DNA of 62,819 bases, counting the filler, from Craspedostauros australis (Eukaryota): the NCBI GenBank assembly GCA_030167865.1. It is 11 parts of 11 records of this genome, joined end to end, with 100 filler letters (N's around TTAATTAATTAA, not from the genome) between each part and the next. Parts side by side here need not be neighbours in the genome. Positions count along the whole stretch, not along the records: positions 15,798 to 27,279 come from JALAGF010005769.1; positions 27,380 to 50,307 come from JALAGF010005770.1; 9 more parts are not named here. The stretch is one strand, 5' to 3'. Positions 21,770 to 34,300 of the stretch are shown in pieces (position 1 is the stretch's first letter; the number at the start of each line of letters is the position of its first letter). The notes under the pieces were generated by a model. It searched no databases and had not been told where the DNA came from. It was given only the letters and a program-made list of their open reading frames with translations. The translations under genes were made by a program, and so were the position numbers.

Positions 21770-24367
21770 ATGGGCAGCCACTGAAGATATGAATATGGCA
21801 GTGGTTATATTCATAGTAACTGGGGCAACCACGCGGCGACAAGAGGAGGGAGCTGAGAGGATCGCACGTTCGACCAACATCGAAGAAAGGAAAGGAATCA
21901 GCTGGACATTGCAGCCACCGGATACCTATAGGTTTCAAATACAGATTGAAGATTGTTCCTTGGCAGTTATATTGCACTAAAGAGTTGGAAGAGGCAACTT
22001 CCTACTCGTTATCACTCTCCAAACAACAGCAAGCAAAAGTATAGTGCCTGGGATAGAAAGCACACAAGAGCACGCGCTTTTGTGCGGAGCAACAAACAAC
22101 ACGAAGAATCGGGTGGTGCCATGAGAACCCAAAACAACACGAAGAAACACGCGATGTGGGGAGGGTGTTGTTTGCCATTTAGTCGGACGAGTCTATCACG
22201 ATTAAATGTCGCGACAAATCGTCGCGTTATTTTTCGTTTGCGTCAGGACGCAACAGTTCACGCACACCGCTAGTAAAATTCTGCGTCCTGACGCAAGGGG
22301 GGTCCTCTATCGTGGGGAAAAATCACCATGGATATGTAAACGCCATGCAATAATACAGTGTCAAGATGAGTACAGGAACACGCACACGAGCTAAGTCCGG
22401 AGAGTTTGACTACGGTTGATGCTGTTAGTTAGGATTCGGGCGTAGACGGCGCGAATCGGTGGAGGATGTCTCGTGAATCTGCCGGCTTTGGGATAGCCGT
22501 GTGATGCAGCTCAAGAGAGGTGTACTGGTTGAAGAGTTGTAACTGTAACAATGAGTAGTAGAGCGCTTTGTAGCTAATCCTTGTCTGTTATTATGAGTTA
22601 GCTTATTGGTGTTAGTAGGGTGAAGAAACGATGCCACACAACTTGGCGAGACCCTGCGCTGATGTACTTGATTCAGTACAACAGAGTAGACAATCATTAC
22701 AGTACTTTGCTCTCCGTACGTGTAGATACACTGCAGTGTAGGTCATGACACTCAGTGGTGACGGTCATGAAGCAGTGGCTGTGGCTGAAGCTGACCCTCG
22801 GATTCCATTGCTTGGGTTGAAGCAAGTTGGATACGCATGTTGAGATCACGGTGGTAGTGTGGTGGTCATCAGCATGGGAGGGAATCGAGGTATGTTGTAG
22901 TAAGGAGGATCTGAAGAGCATATAGTTCCCAGGTGGGTTGTGAGTCAGGTCGGTCAGGTTTGAGTCATGATGGATTCGTGAATGGAGGAGAGGAAGGAGG
23001 AGAAAAGATTTGGTGGTCAATCAAGTCGGAAGATTTCGCGCCAAAACAAGAATTTCTCCCATCGGAGGTGGATACCGTGTTCGGTAATAGTCTGTCCCTC
23101 ATTGAATCTCAACTCTGTTTTTGGCCTGTTTTTGTTCGGGACTTACGTATAAAATGTACTACATTCTACAGACCATTCTTCGTGATCCAAAAATCGCCAA
23201 AAATCGCCAATGGCGTTGGCTACAGGCGGCTCTTGAAGGCACTAGTGTTATCGTTGGTGCATCAACTGCGATCTGCAGGTCGTATTCCTTCCATCTGCCT
23301 TCCATCTGCCTTCCATCTGCCTTCCATAGTATCAACTCGTTGTTGGCAAAGGGCAGTCCTGGCATTGCCCTTTTCGCTTAACTGAACGGTTATGTGAAAT
23401 GGTTGCAATTTTTTTGCCGCTGTTTTGGCAGAAATTTCGAAGGCAATTGCCGGGCGGCTGCCTCCCACGTAAGCGTGCCACAATACCACCCTCGAAACGG
23501 CTGGCCCGACTCCGAGGTGCAATCAAGCAACAGGAACGGTGGGAGACACTAACACGAAGCAACCACGAGACCACAAACGCAATCGTTTGGACGACGACCC
23601 ACAATGGAGCAATGCATTCTCAACCACATGACAACGATACGATCGTACGCTGGAACGCTTTCAGACGAGTTTTCGTTGACGGCGCAGAGCCAAATCAGTT
23701 GTTCTCACAAAACTGCAAGGATCGCAAGCAAAACGGCCAACCAAGCCTTGCGCACAGACTGATCAGAAGCATCCTGCCCATCAGCTTTCCCAAACAACAA
23801 CAACAACAACAACTGAAAGGTGAGTCTGCCACACCCCAACGCAAACGCCACGACAGCATCGAGTGTCAGCGTCACGAGGCGGTGCAGGATGCCCCAAAGG
23901 CCACAGCAACCACTAAGAGCGTCGCTGCTGTCGCTCACGTCATGAGTTGTGCGAAGACTTGCCATTGGATGCCGGAAGCCCACATCGCGATGCATATCGT
24001 CCCCATGCCTTGCATCCTCTTGCATGACGATTTCATACTGGTCTCACAGTATGGAAGACCAGCACCTTGCTTGTGCGCACCGACAGTGGGCTCCTCGTGG
24101 TGGTGATCCACACAGCACATTTCGTTTGCAGACTGTCGGTTGCGTGAGGTCGACAACGATTTTCAGCAATCGTGACTCACTCCTTGTGACAGCATCCGTG
24201 ACTTGGAGGATCCAAACAAGTCAGAATCTGGCCATTCCACAAGAATCTCGAGTGCGCGAAATATCGCAACTCCCAACTGACCCAGCGCTTCCGATCCACT
24301 TCCACCGTCCCCAACTGACGCGCTTCGCGTGCTTCTCGACTTCAGCAGGCACCCAGCAGCAGTCACA

Positions 24368-27279
24368 ATGTTCAAGATCAAGGCAGCCATCCTCGGCGCG
24401 CTCCTCCTCGCCCATGTGGGCTCGATCGAGGCCGTCCTGCGTGGCAACAGAGCCTTGGGTCAGACCGAAGAGCTTCATGTCATGATGCAAGCCACCCGTA
24501 CCCTCAAGGCTGGCGATGGCAACGGCAAGAACCAGAAAGAGGACAACAAGAAGAACAAGGACACGGAGTCGCCAACTAGCAACCCAACCACCACCCCTGG
24601 CATGCCAACGGCGGCACCGACCAGCGCCCCAACATCGGCGCCGACCTCGGCACCGACCAGCGCACCAACGGCGGCTCCAACATCGGCTCCTACCAGCGCT
24701 CCGACTGCAGCTCCAACATCGGCTCCAACCAGCGCTCCGACATCGGCTCCGACATCAGCACCGACCAGCGCCCCAACTTCGGCCCCGACATCAGCTCCAA
24801 CATCGGCACCGACATCAGCACCGACCAGCGCCCCAACTTCGGCTCCAACTTCTGCCCCAACTACACCAACAGCTGCCCCAACCTCGGCACCGACCAGCGC
24901 ACCAACATCGGCTCCAACTTCTGTACCGACATCCGCACCAACTTCTGCACCGACCGCAGTCCCAACTTCGGCACCTACTTCTGCACCGACCGCAGTCCCA
25001 ACTTCGGGACCAACATCTGCACCTACTTCGGCCCCAACATCCGCCCCGACAGCCGCCCCGACATCCGCGCCAACTTCAGCGCCAACTGCATCGCCAACTT
25101 CGGCCCCAACCATGTTCGATGCCTCCATCATCACCATCTGCAACCCCGATGACAACGGAGGCATGACTGTGGGAGATATCAAGACGTTGATTTGCAACAG
25201 GGACAAAGCGTCATGCCGCCAGGCCATTCTTGCCGTGCGCGGTCTCAACGACCTCCAGACGTTCTTCGCATGCGCCGGAGACGGCATGAGCGAAGGAGCG
25301 TCCCGCGCTCTGTTCAACAGATTCGCTTCCAATCCAGACCTCGCCCAGCAGCTCGAGATGGCCTTCTCCACCGGAACCCAATTCGTTACCGCTTTGGAAG
25401 GAACCCCGATGACAACAACATGTAACGGGATCGTCGCAACCTGCTGCGCCAACGACGGTGACTGCTCCTCCACATCCGCCGACACCTACATGACCGTGGC
25501 ACTCAACGGATGCGTCGGAATGAATGCGTGCGCTGGAATGGGTCCAAACGCGATCGTCCTTGAGTCTTCTTGCAACGGACCCGACGCATGTAACGGTGTG
25601 AACGCAAATGATGCCATGCTGGTGGCATCTGGAGTCACTTTCATTGGCGAAGTGGCCTGCACCACCGCCAACTCTTGTGAACGCCTTGGAGCCTTCTCCT
25701 ATGGCGACGTTATTGTCCAGAATGGAGGCTGCGTTGGAGCCAACGCGTGTACCCTTGCCGGACTGCACCAACAGCAGGTGACGGCGGGGCGCCGTGTGTC
25801 CAACATCAACGTCGGCCAGAACGCCTGCAACAACGTCAACGCGTGCCGCGACGCCCACTCCTCCAGCGGTGGAGGAGCCAAGGTCGGCGGAAGTCTCAGC
25901 ATCGAGGACGGTGCCTGCGTTGGCAACAACGCCTGTCAAGACTTGGCCAACAGCGACCTCATGGTCACTGCTGTTGTTGTCGAAGAGGACGAGTGCTCTG
26001 GAACTGACACCTGCAAGGGATGCGTGCTTGACAACTGTCCCAACCCCGATGGCCAGGTGTACGTCATCAGCAACGCAGCCCTTGCGTGCCCCAAGGACGC
26101 CATGGGCGACCCAACTGGTGCTGTTGTCGTCATCTTCTGCGTCAACCTGGACGACCGCCCAACTGAGTGCCCTACCTTCGCCCCAACCCCGCTCATGAGC
26201 GACATCCCGTCCGTCCTTCCGTCCGAGCTCCCGTCCCAAGGTCCAACCCGAACACCGACCGAAAGTCCATCCGACCTGCCATCCGTGCTCCCGTCCGAGG
26301 GTCCGTCCAACTTCCCAAGCGTCCTTCCATCCGACGGACCCACCATCGAACCAACCGCTGCCCCGACCATCAACAAGACTCCGCTGCAGACACTCTGCCT
26401 GGGAACTCCAGGCGATGTCGGCTCCACGATTACGTTAGGACCACAGGTCCTCTGCGACGACGACATGGGCATCTGCACCAACTTCGTGAATGCCATCGAA
26501 TCGCTCCCCGACAACAAGGACAGACTCGTCAAGAGCATCCTCGGATGTGCCCCCTATGGAGCCATGGCCACCGTCGAAGTCGCCCAGGCCCGCTTCGATA
26601 CCATCAAGAACGACGCAAGTGCCATCACTGCCATCCTTGGCGCCCTTGAGGGCAGCGGTATCTTCCTGACTGGGACTGCTGCAGAGGTCGAAAATGAGTG
26701 CTACAATTCTGGCTTCTCGTGCTGCAGTGATGGCGCCCAGTGTACGACAGCAGATGCCAATGATATCATCACCATCACTCCAGACTCTTGTTCCGGCACA
26801 ACCATGGCGAATCCGTCCTGCGACGATCTTGGCGGCGACATCATCATCCTCGGCAGCTGCCTCAATGACAACTCCTGCTCTGCCCTTGGCAGCTTCGGAG
26901 TGGCGCCCAACGCCCAAGCCGTCATCGGTTCCACCATCATCGGACCAGCCGCCTGCACCAACGCCAGAAGCTGCCAAAACCTGGGATTCAACATCTACGG
27001 AAACATCCGCATCGAGCGTGCTGCGTGCAATGGCGTGGATAGCTGTAACGGCATGGGTGTCCGTGTGGCACAATCACCAATGGTCATCACACCGGTTCTT
27101 GCCGATATCCTCGTGCAGGAGGAGGGATGCCAAGGGCAGCGCTCATGCCAGAACGTCCACCGCGGAACTGGAAAGACCACTGGAAGCCTTGACATTGGAC
27201 AGAACGCCTGCATGTCCGTCGACAGTTGCAACGGCGCCGCAAGCAGCAACGATGCAGTTGATGACCTCGTCATCGAGGA
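24368..27279 (+). CDS. Secreted/cell-surface protein: signal peptide, mucin-like (SAPT)n stalk, two Cys-rich repeat modules; C-terminus lost in gap
   Basis: MFKIKAAILGALLLAHVGSIEA signal-like N-terminus, then LRG/RAL/RTL motifs, a long T(S/A)AP array, repeated [ASG]C-x-[GN]-x-x-[AS]C units and a PS-rich linker. One open frame with host-like codon usage. Confidence 0.88.
24607..25111 (+). repeat. 12-bp coding tandem repeat encoding (T-S/A-A-P)n
   Basis: About 40 tetrapeptide units with synonymous variation between them. Confidence 0.92.
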
Positions 27280-27699
27280 NNNNNNNNNNNNNNNNNNNNN
27301 NNNNNNNNNNNNNNNNNNNNNNNTTAATTAATTAANNNNNNNNNNNNNNNNNNNNNNNNNNNNNNNNNNNNNNNNNNNNGAGAATAACACGAGATATCGT
27401 GTAAATCAACATGCCATCTTGGGCAATGTTTTAGGAAAGACTGCGAGATACAACACGAGGTAACCGAGCAGCACGTTAGCAACCGTGCAATAGGCACCAT
27501 CTTTAGAATGATGAGATCATGTTCTCATAATCCAAACTCAATCATCAATTGACACACTAACTTAGCAACAACGAATATCACCAAACATTCTGGCTTCCCT
27601 TGACGGCTTGATCACCCTGGCGGAGAAGTAAGTGCAGTGTTTGGTGCCCTGTCCTGTGTGTAATTGCTGATTATCACCAGGAGAGGCATCCCATGGAAG

Positions 27700-29720
27700 A
27701 ACATCGTCCATGGAACGATCAGATCCATAATCCAGACCATCGCAGCGGACCCAGTCACGACAGGCGTGAACACCGCACCACCACAAAGGGTACCCACCCT
27801 AACAAACCACCCAGGGAACCCAAGACAGAACCCACCAGGGTGCAACACGAACATCCCATGGGACACGACATCCATCTCTTTTGCCTGCAACCTCACAGCA
27901 ACAGAAGTCAACCAACTCGCATACCTGGCTCAATGCGACCAGTACACCGAAAGAGACAACTTCATCCTCGATGGAAGGAACCTCAACTGGAANNNNNNNN
28001 NNNNNNNNNNNNNNNNNNNNNNNNNNNNNNNNNNNNNNNNNNNNNNNNNNNNNNNNNNNNNNNNNNNNNNNNNNNGAATGCGATCATGGTGCAGGATGGG
28101 AGACCTAAGGGCCCAACAGCCAGACATCATCATCGAATACACCGAGCAGAACCGCCTACAGGACCAGAAAGGGTTCGAATGGGTGAAACTCCACAGAGCA
28201 AGGAACCAGCACATGCGATCAATGCTAGCCACCAAACTGGCGAACCATCGCCCAGGAAACAAGTACAAGTTCGGCACCCTGGTACCCAACAGCTTGAAAC
28301 ACGCCATGGCTATCGACAGGCTCAACGGAAACGGACTCTGGAGCGAAGCCATCAACAAGGAACTGGACCAGATCAAGCGATTGGGAACCTTCAGACAACC
28401 AAGACCGAACGAAACGCTCGATGGATACACCAAGATCCCATACCACATCGTCTACAATGTGAAGTTCGACCTACATCGAAAGGCAAGACTGGTGGCAAAC
28501 GGAAACAAGACATCACCACCAACAGAAGACGTATACTCAGGGGTGGTAGCATCAGACACCATCCGAATCGCCTTCGCCATCGCAGCAGCCAACGGACTGA
28601 GAGCGTACGCAGGCGACGTAGGGAACGCGTTCCTATATGCAGATACCCTCGAGAAATGCTACATCCAGGCAGGACCTGAGTTTGGTGACCTCGAAGGCAA
28701 ACCCCTCATCATCCAAAAGGGACTCTACGGCCTAAGAACATCAAGCGCAAGGTTTCACGAACACTTCGCAGATACCCTCCAATCCATGGGATTCCTACCC
28801 TCCAAGGCCGACAACGACATCTACACCCAAGAGGCGGACGACCACTATGAGATGATCACCACCTATGTGGATGATGTACTCATCTTCAGCAAGGACCCTG
28901 TCCCAATCATCAACGACCTCAAGAAACGGTACACCATGAAGCAATGCGGTGACCCAGAGTATTACCTTGGCGGAAACATTGTCGGCCTTCCCAAGAACTG
29001 GAAGGACAGGGGAGTCAACATTGGACTCTCGGCCCAGACATACATCGGAAACGTCATCAAACGAGTGGAGCAACTAGTAGGGAAGACAATCCCGAAGGCA
29101 TCCACTCCCATGGTAGAGGCCTGTCACCCAGAAAGCGACACCTCGGACTTCACAAGCACTGAAGACGCCAGAACCTACCGATCAATACTGGGTTGCCTCA
29201 ATTGGGTCGTGACCCTCGGGAGGTTGGACATCCAATATGCCACGACGACGATGGCACGGTTCGCTATGGCCACAAGGGAGGGACATCTTCTGACCATCCA
29301 ACGTATCATTGGGTACCTCAAAGGTCGAGAAAGGGGAGCCATCCTCTGCGACCCCAACCCAGTGGACCACACGAACATTGATACTACCCTCTCAAGCCAT
29401 TGGAGAGAATTCTACCCTACCACCGCAGAAGTCACCCCCGTATCAGTACCAACACCAAAAGGGAAGCCGGTCCAAATCATGTGTTATGTGGACGCCGACC
29501 ACGGCCATGACCAGGTCACACGGAAGTCCATGACGGGCATGGTACTAATGGTCAACAACACCATCGTCAAGACCGTCTGCAAACGGCAGAACACGGTGGA
29601 AACATCCACCTACGGATCAGAATTAGTGGCAGCCAGGATAGCTACCGAGGCGGTCACTGGTCTACGCTACATGCTGAGAGACCTCGGAGTCCCCATCGAT
29701 GGGCCAGCAATCATGCTCGG
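27700..29720 (+). mobile_element. Ty1/copia (second CoDi-like type) pol fragment: pre-RT region, RT, RNase H truncated at its 3' end
   Basis: KYKFGTLVP..A..D..NGN..W.EAI.KE, RKARLVANG, DVGNAFL, LYGLRTSSA, YVDDVL, YVDADHGHD, ETSTYGSEL. The frame leaves homology at IMLG, where GDN is expected. 5' boundary approximate. Confidence 0.92.
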
Positions 29721-31396
29721 GATATCTCCAATCGTGCACGTGAATTCACGAGCGTGATTGGATGTTCGACACCGAGTCGTTTTGTCTGTCTCAATCGTGG
29801 GTTCGAATCGAACACTCGTTCGTGAATGGTTTTATACTGTACCATTGTCTGTTTGTTGGTCATTGCAAGTTATTACACGCATGAACCCAAAAAGAGTTGT
29901 GAAAGCGTAAGAACGCAGATTCTGAGTCTTAACGAGAACAACTTGTCTGCTGGATGCACTACTGCTGCTATCTGATTGGTTGACACCAGTTGGTATTCCG
30001 TGTCTTTTGCACGTTGTCAGGAGGATGGTCTGTCCTTCAACCGGTTTTGACGGCGTTTGATGTTGAGAACATAGCTGTATCAGACGATGATGTAACTGTA
30101 GTAGACTAAGAAGTAAGCTGGTAAGATTGTTTCTGATTGCTTGTTTTATGTGTTAAGCTTACTATTGATTGGACGATCGAGTAAAAAGGTAGGGGTTCAT
30201 GCTGTCGTGCTTCAGCCGTTCTTGTTGTACAGCATCACGTCGTGGTCGTTCTGCACCCACAGCCGTCCAGAGGCACCATCAGTGGCGCAATGCCTGATCC
30301 ATTGGCATGGATATGCTTCAAGATGCGTGCAGGTGTTGCAAGATGGTTATCCGGACAGGTGGCAGGGGTGCGTGTGCTGGAGGGCAAGCAGGGTGTGGAT
30401 TGTGGTTCAACTACACACCATGCGCGCGGTAGACTTTCATCACAGTATTGGTTTCGGATACCAAGTACTGCGTACGCGACATGGACAAGTGAGTCCCAGA
30501 CCAAGTCTGTCCCAACTACGCCCGTATTCACACCACAACGCTAATTTAACGGTTTTGCCTGCATCCTGGATTGATTGGATGCGTAGCTGTATGTTTGCAT
30601 ATTGGCAGTGTGTGGATTGTATGTTTGTCTATATCAGTTTTAATTTAGCACGTGTTACGTACACCCGGGCATCGTATCTCATGTTCAAGGCGAAAGCCTA
30701 TATACATGAAACTAGAATTATCTGAACCGCGTGCGCTCAGCTATTGACGTGTTGTGCAAACTTGTAAATGCGCAACCTCCGAGTGCGGGGCGAAGTATCA
30801 TTCTGCCACTCCCAATCTCCTCTGAACCAACTGCCTGACCTTCAGGATGTTATTGGCATGTCGTGATACGGTCGAAGGTGGCTGCATTACGAGATGGGCA
30901 CTTGATCTTGGTCCCAAAGCTGACCTGTAGATCGTCCGTATAGTAGAGTACGTGTGACGAAGATTGTCTGCCGAGTCAAACCCTCGCATCGGTTCTTGAC
31001 GGAACATAGTACATGCAACAATGCGAATGGCTGTGGCCAATGATCTGCACCTAGAGTACCCTGCAACTACGATTTCGTGTGCGAAGTAAGCGATCAAGGT
31101 TTAACGCACTATGATTAAGCAGTAGCATGCTTGAGTACTCGATTGCTTTCTTTGATCCATTGCGTTGAGTTGTTGCTGGTCGCTGCATCATTTCTTCACA
31201 GATAGCTACAATATGACTTCGAGTGTCGCAACAGGGACCGAGCGAATGTGTCTCTCGTTTCTCTTTCCAAATAGGATCGATGGCGGTCGCTGTTGCCTTG
31301 TGATGTTGCAAACTGCGGTGCCGAGGGTGATTCGGCATGCCGTAGGAGGGCTGCTGGGGCACGTTGAATGTGCCGTGATGTGCTTGAGCATCAAGC

Positions 31397-34300
31397 TTAA
31401 CCGAGGAAATACCGCGATCCACTGCCCGTTGTGACAACTTCGTTGTTGGCCACGTTGCCCTTGGCAATTGGACTTGTGGTGATGCGTTCACCGTCGTCGA
31501 AGGATGGCGAGCCGCTGATGAGTCCGGTGATGGATCCATCGCGGTTCTTTCTCCATCGCTTCAATGTTGGAACGCCTCTGGGTGCGGCTGCTGGCTTGGA
31601 GGTTTGCTTGGAGGCTGCTGGCTTTTGGAAGGAGAACGTCGGACGCGGTGCTGGTGGGGATTTCTTTGGAGCTGGTGTTGGCTTTGGCTTGGTTGGTGCG
31701 GTTTTTCCACCATCAAATCCGAACAAGGAGAAGGTTGATCGTGGCTTTGGCTTTTCGGCTGCTGGCTGCTTTGGAGCGGATTTGGCTGGTGCAGGTGCCT
31801 GCTTCTTTTCCTTCGGGGCGGCCTTCTTGCCGAAGCTGAAGAATGGCGACCCGCGACCACCGGATGCTCCCTTGGCAGCCTCTGGGCTCAAGAAGTATCG
31901 GCTACCGGAGGATGTCTGGACGACAGAATTATTCTCAATCTTTCCCCTCGATATCTTGGACGTCTCGACGGAGTCTCCATCTTCGAAGCTTGGAGAGCCG
32001 AAGATCTTACCGGTGATTCCTCCTTATGAATTACAATACGGTGAGAGAGGCATTACAGACACGAACCGTGCAACGCGTATGCATGGAAGCATTAGGCAGC
32101 AGCATATGTGAATACGGGGTGAGGACTGGACAACAATGATGGCGACGACAATGACAGGAACCACAACATTAACAACACACCACAAACAACAAAATAGCGC
32201 TGTCCATCGCACAAATGCATGTATCGATCTTCAAATCTGTCACGACCCCCATACGGTAAATCAGCGTGGCAACATGACATCGGCTTACCATCGCTTTTCT
32301 TCTTCCACGAACGGATGGTCGGAACACCCCGCGGGGCCTGCTTTGCAACAGCACGTGCTGGAGCGGCCTTGGCTGGTGCGGCCGCAGCCTTCTTGGCTTC
32401 CGCCGCCAGTCGTCGCTTCTCTGCGGCAGCCGCAGCAGCGGCCTCTCGCTTCTGCTGCGCTTCCAACTTCTTTTGCTGCGCCAATGCGGCAGCCTCTTCT
32501 CGCTTACGCTGTGCGTCGGCCTTCTTCTGGTCCGCAATCGCCTTGGCCTCTTCTCGCTTGCGCTGGGCGTCGAGCTTGCGCTGTTCGGCGGCCGCGGCGG
32601 CTGCAGCCTTTCTGGCCTCGGCCTCCTGTTTGCGCTGTTCTGCTGCCGCTTGTTTCTCGGCGAGGGCGGCAGCACGTTTTGCCTCCATCTCTTGCTTCTT
32701 CTCCTCAGCGGCACGTCGTCGTTCCTCGGCCTGTTGCTGCGCCGCAGATGGTCCCGCCGGGGCAGGTGCTGCACGGGTTGTCTTTGGCGCAAGGTAGTAT
32801 CTGCGAACGACGGAGTGCATAGGCAATTCAATGTGGGTGGTGCATGGTATGGCATGGTAGTGTGACGTGTGTGGGTGTGATAGTTACCGAAACATGACGG
32901 CAACGTGCAATTAGCGGTGTGCAGTGGATGGCACAAAGAGAAGGAAGATGTGAGCCGCGCAGTCATTGATCATGACAACAAGCGTTCGAGGACGAGTTGG
33001 AATCACAAAGCAGGAAAGCGATTCCATGACATTCGATTCATCTTCATGCAAGCATGCATTCGTTCATTCAGTCAGGCATTTAGTACATCCACACACCCAG
33101 TTTTATTCACGCGCACGCAATGATGAATGGCATGCATCTCGTCAGGGCCTCAAAAGAAACAAGAATCCTCTCTCCCTCTCTCGTTCTGAGATCTCCTCAA
33201 ACGCACTGTATCCAGCGGATACACTGAAGTCGAGCGAAATGGATAGAACATGGAATACTGACCTGGATCCGGAAGACGTGGTGACGATAGTTTGGGCGGA
33301 TGCGCCCTTTGGCACCGGCGAGGTGGTGACGGATGCGCCATCGCGGAAACCCTTGGCACCGCTGATGATGCCGACGATGGATCCATCGCGATTTTGCCCC
33401 CAGCTGGAGATGGTTGGGACTCCGCGTGGGGCGTTGGCGGCGGCCTTGGAGGTCGGAGCCTCGAAGTCTTCGGCGGCAGATTCGCTATCCCCGCCAAAGC
33501 TGAATAGATCGCCGAGCGAGAATGTGCTGCGCGGCTTGGCGGTGCTGAGGGACTCCTCCGCCTTCTTCGCGCGCTCGGCCTTGGCGGCTGCTTCCTTGGC
33601 GGCGGCCTCCTTTTGCTGCAGGGCCTTCTCGGCAGCCTGCCTCTTTCTTTCTTCGATCTCCGCGGCCTTCTTCTCTGCGGCCTCGGCCTTGAGTCTGGCA
33701 TCTTCCAGACGCTTTTGCTTGCGGATCTCCTTGAGTTCTTCAAGGCGGCTCTGCTTGGCGTCGGCCTGTGGGGCTTCGTCCGATGCGGAGGCATCCTCCT
33801 TGGGCGAGAAGCCGAAGGTTGGAAGCCCGAAGCTGAAGGCCGGCTTGTCCTCCTCCACTGGTTCTGGCTCAGGCTCCGGTTCCTTGGCAGCCTTCTTCCC
33901 GCCCAGGTTGAATTGCGGGATGGTGAAGGTGCTGCGCGAGACCGGTGGTGCTGGGGTTGGCTCAGGCTCTGGTTCAGGCTCCGGTTCCTTCTCTTCGGAC
34001 TTGGGGTTCAAGAAGGAAAGGAAGGAGGGAGCAGATGGGGTTGGCGTTTCCGGCTCGGCTGGGGGCGTGGTTGGTGGAGAGGCCTTGAGTGGGGCAGGAG
34101 CCTTCTCAATTGGCTTCTCGGGTTCGGCTGGAGCGCTCTTGGCCGACCGCCCAAAGATGCCGGCGAACTTGTCTGCGAGGCCTGCGAACTCGTTTGGAGG
34201 GTCTTCCCGAGTGCTGGCAACAGGAGCGGCGGCAGGTTCTTCCTCCTTTGCGATTGCCTTGACTGGTGCGGGCACCTTGACGGGCTCCTCCACCTTGGCG

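Noticed and set aside
23288..23327. (TTCCATCTGCC)3 and nearby short repeats as a MITE end
   Set aside because: I could not find a matching TIR or TSD; treated as a simple minisatellite.
23399..24106. 235-aa ORF upstream of the secreted protein
   Set aside because: No recognisable motif, contains a CAA microsatellite and lacks clear host codon bias.
30141..30725. Possible exon flanked by CAG and GTGAGT
   Set aside because: No recognisable domain or partner exons; not enough to call a gene.
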